64,000 nt of DNA, from contig OU015568.1 of the NCBI GenBank assembly GCA_907165135.1, forward strand, positions 6,758,001 through 6,822,000. Direction: 5' to 3'. The notes beneath the pieces are model-generated. The model did no database searches. It was given only the letters and a program-made list of their open reading frames with translations, and was not told the DNA's origin. The stretch is from Oikopleura dioica. Taxonomy: Eukaryota; Animalia; Chordata. The stretch's first letter is position 1; each line of letters starts with the position of its first letter. A program made the position numbers and the translations under genes. Shown here piece after piece: positions 60,469 through 64,000 of this stretch.

Positions 60469-60806
60469 ATTCAGGCAACTGCGCTTTATCTGACACAGAT
60501 TCTTCTTTTTAAATAAACTTGTGAACCGGCTTTTGCTGGATGAATCCAACGCTTTCCCCGACTTATCGACTGCTGTACTGCTGTACCTACTCACGTCCGC
60601 AAACTTATTTCAGATAACAAGTGGCCTCTTGGGAGCGCACCGCCAAACTCTGACAAGATAGAACAGCTTTATTTCGATGATCATGCAGAATTTACTCTGC
60701 CGCCAATCTACGTCACTAAAATCAAACCGAGAAATGAAAAATTTATGGAAAACTTGTTTATTCTAACTAAAGAGACAGTAAAAAAAATAGTGAAAGAGCT
60801 AGTAGA

Positions 60807-61170
60807 TTAGCTTGAGGTAGAGTTCTTCTTGATTTCTTGAGCCTTTGCTCGAACCTTTTCGGCGTGCTCGAGCTAAAAATGAGCATTCATGAGCTTTTTG
60901 TTTGGATTGATTCTCAAAGAAATGGGAGTGTTCTTACATGTTTCTGCTGTTTTTGGACGACAGATTCTATTTGGGACTTTCGTCGGCCATCGGCTTGGGT
61001 CAGTTTCTGAAACAAATCCAGTAAGAAAGTTGTACAGAATTTTAACAAGCTACCTTTTCGTGGCGCATCATGACTTTTGCTGGATCGACAGGAGTTCTAG
61101 GGCTGAGAAGAGCTTCTGGTGGCGAGCGGGAGGGCTCATTGAGACGAACTTCGAAAGAACTGGTGCTCAT
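60807..61170 (-). CDS. Stathmin-like small protein (missed by the ORF track because it is spliced)
   Basis: Three exons give MSTSSFEVRLNEPSRSPPEALLSPRTP...HEK|KLTQADGRRKSQIESVVQKQQKH|LEHAEKVRAKAQE..., resembling stathmin (AFELIL...KKLEAAEERRKS...HEKEV). May have upstream exons. Confidence 0.7.
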
Positions 61171-61579
61171 CTTCGTGATTTTTTTTTAAAATCTCGTGTT
61201 ACAGTAGGTAAGGCGATCTGTGATGAGGAAGGCCACGTCGAGGCCATTTTTAACCTGCTCCAGGTGGTGGCGCCAGTGACCATCAGAATCGGTAATGAGC
61301 CCCCAGTGGGATTGTGCGGGTTAATTAACTCTTTAATAATTTCGAACTCGCCAGGCTGCGCTCGCCTTTTTTTCATGCAGTGCCTGTCAGCGCTCAGCCA
61401 TTACAATGCAGTCATCAATCATTTCCAAACGTAATTAAAAATGCACTTTCAGCAGGTAGAATTTTAATTGCCAGCTAAACGGAAAATATTTGCATAAAGT
61501 TCAGATCAATTTAACGGGATTTGTCATTATTGGTGAGGCGCTCGTCATGAGGAGCCTTTATGGTAAGGGCTTAACCCTT

Positions 61580-61782
61580 CGTAGTTTGGTCTCAAAATTC
61601 GGCCACCCCCATTTTAGGTTAGTGTTAGGGGGGCTCCAAGGGAGCGAAGCCCCCTAGGTTAGGCATTTGGGTTAGGAACTGCGTACTTCTATCTAGGGGG
61701 GTCCCGGGGGGGGCGAAGCCCCCGGGTTAGGAAAAATAAAAAATTTAATTATACTTGGCCGAATTTCGAGGTCATACTACCC
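61580..61782. mobile_element. MITE with 25-bp inverted ends, GGGGCGAAGCCCC hairpins and telomere-like GGTTAGG motifs
   Basis: GTAGTTTGGTCTCAAAATTCGGCCA (61581-61605) versus TGGCCGAATTTCGAGGTCATACTAC (61756-61780), flanked by the direct repeat TAACCCTT. Confidence 0.6.
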
Positions 61783-62947
61783 TAACCCTTGTCCAAACCA
61801 TAACTTATGGACAATCTTATGGATCATAAGTTATGAACCATAACTTATGGTGCATAAAGCCCCCATTCTATTCAATTATCGATGCCAGAAGGTTGACTTG
61901 GTATAATGAGTGCCATAAGATTGCTGTAGCGTCGATACAGTATCGATGCAGATACCATATGTGTTCATTAGAGAGAAAAAAACAGGTCCTATGAGTATAA
62001 AATCCCGTCGGAGTGATGAATTTTTCATTTGCCATTCCGACGACTGTGTTCAATTAGACGAGCAGCTTTCCAAAAACTCGCTTAGGCGGCAACCTTGGCA
62101 AGAAGCCATTCCTAACACCGTGAATTACTGTAAGCAGTGTCCTTTTTTAAACTTAGAATCGACTACAGTGTAGCAGTTATCAATATTTCCTCTAGCAAAT
62201 GCTCGAAAAAAAAGTTCGGGGCAGTTTTACTACCGTAGTTTAACGATCCCATTCATGCACTTGACGCACTCGCTACTACGTAATTGCCTTTCTTTGCTTT
62301 CCCTTTTTCGGACATGCTTGCTCATGTGATTTTCAGGACAAAATAAATACTAGATCGTAATTTTTTTTGAATAAATTTGCTTTACGTCACTCTCTATTTG
62401 GGGTTTTTTGAAGGTGTTAGATTTATGTCTTCATAACACGACGTTTTCCTACTTAGATAAATTTGACAATAATATTATGTTTTCTAATGAAAATATTTTC
62501 TTATCGACAATAATAATTATTTGTCTTCAGGAGTCAATGAAGACTCTCGTTATCTTTTAACGAAGCAGCCTTTTTAGGCGTTTTTCAATCGCTTCTATTG
62601 ATTGTGCCACCCTTAAAAAGGCGACTGAATTTCTGAATTCTAGTCAGAATGTTTCAAAAATTAATTAGCTACACTCAGATGCATCTCGAATTTAGCCCTT
62701 CTTTCCACAGGTGGCATCAACTTTATTGCCCTAGAAAACTACTCATATGTAAAGTTGGTGTTCCATCCGGAGTAAAGTAGCTCGCCTCTAGGTGTCGTGA
62801 CTCACGAGGGGGCACCATAAATACACGGAGCAGATGACTCTTATTTCAAATTAACATTTAGCCGTTGATGCTCTTTTGTTTTGAGCACCTCAATTGTAGC
62901 TCGCGCAGGGACACGAGTACGAGTCACAAATAGTACGATTTGAAATA

Positions 62948-64000
62948 ATGGAGAAAAAAGAAAAGCCGAATTCAGAGATAAAAGACATCTTCAGAGAAGT
63001 TACCAGGCAAATTGTCGAGCAAACGGTAATCATAAATTATCAATTACGTTAATTAACAACTGAACATAAATATAAAACAAGCATTTGAATAATCACTTCA
63101 GACACGAACCAGGTTCAATTCAGCTTTATTTGCCGATGAGTCTTCTGATGCAGAACTGTCAGTTTCCTATTCTGACATCGAGGAACAAGAAGATCCAGAA
63201 ACGACGAGTACTGCTTCTCTGACTGAATCTGCCAGATTAAGTACAGCAAGAAGATCTTATCGATTAGCCAGAGCAGCGAAGAGTCCTGGTCAGACGAGTC
63301 CAAGGAAAGCAAACTCAGACCTGAGTCAAACTCATCCTCTGACTCAAAGCACAAACGGAGCTACTACTAGAATCAGTCTCCCGCTTGATACAAAAAATGC
63401 AACGAAACGCAAGAAAGGCAAAACCCCGCAAAGCCCGGCGAAGTCGGAGAAGAGCGTCGCCGAAAGATTCAAAGACGCGAAAAAAGCTGTCTCAAAACGA
63501 CTTGGATTCAATAGTAACAAAAGCCAGTCAAGAGGTAGTAAAAATGCCTCCGCACCAAGGTCGCCTGATGTAAATGGTCAACGATCAGGACCGGAAGAGG
63601 ATGTTTTTTCGCCGGCGAATGGAGAAAAGGTCGTCGAAGTTCACCAAAGCACTGGAAATGTGAATAAACAAAGATTGAGCGATATTGTTCAAAGGACGAT
63701 TTCACGGCATCAATCAAGGTAAATAAAAATTATCAATTCGATGAGTCCATTCTCATTTTTTCCCACAAGGCATCCTACAAGAAACCCGACAACAGATCAC
63801 ACTCGCGCTGTGACTAGAAGCCAATCGACAAAAGAAGACGACAAAAGACCAAAACGAACTCGCCAGAAAACATCGGATCGTATCGAGCAGCATTTAGTCG
63901 CAGCAGCGCAGAAATTGTCCGACAATGTCCAAGGTGTTTATGGCCGCCAACCGTCGAGTTCTACTTACGAGCTGCCGCTGGAAAAGAAGTTCGACGAGGA
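62948..64000 (+). CDS. Unidentified Ser/Thr/Lys/Arg-rich protein running off the window
   Basis: ATG at 62948 (MEKKEKPNSEIKDIFREV...), GT-AG introns, long open low-complexity exon. Frame ambiguity at ~63440-63520. Confidence 0.45.

Noticed and set aside
60612-60810. Open frame after the dystrophin-like stop as a possible extra exon
   Set aside because: Splice phase is incompatible with the available donor, an AATAAA lies upstream of it, and it has no dystrophin similarity.

Overview
Compact, intron-rich eukaryotic genome segment. Introns are mostly 35-50 nt, genes are densely packed, and splice-acceptor-like TTTTAG motifs sit just upstream of several start codons. My inference is an appendicularian tunicate such as Oikopleura dioica; this is not proven from the sequence alone. 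The window has two parts. (i) About 1-13.8 kb is a degenerate mosaic of gene fragments: a carboxylesterase piece, C2H2 zinc-finger pieces, a multiply broken VPS13D fragment, a scrambled inverted copy of a neighbouring coiled-coil gene, and a truncated STRA6-like duplicate bracketed by two related long hairpins. It also holds three 8-bp TSD plus palindromic-nucleotide scars that look like hAT excision footprints. (ii) About 14-64 kb is an ordinary gene-dense region: STRA6-like, coiled-coil, WNK kinase, NDUFAF2, LRP11-like, LIN7, eIF2B-beta, p120/delta-catenin, PFDN1, calmodulin-like, tRNA-Arg(TCT), SETD4-like, C-type lectin, KLF, LRR-Ig, kelch-like, somatomedin-B, a short dystrophin-family gene and a stathmin-like gene. 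Many MITE-like elements are scattered through it, including a nested hAT pair and one insertion inside a coding exon. Gene models were spliced by eye and family assignments come from recalled motifs, not database searches; boundaries of low-confidence models are approximate.
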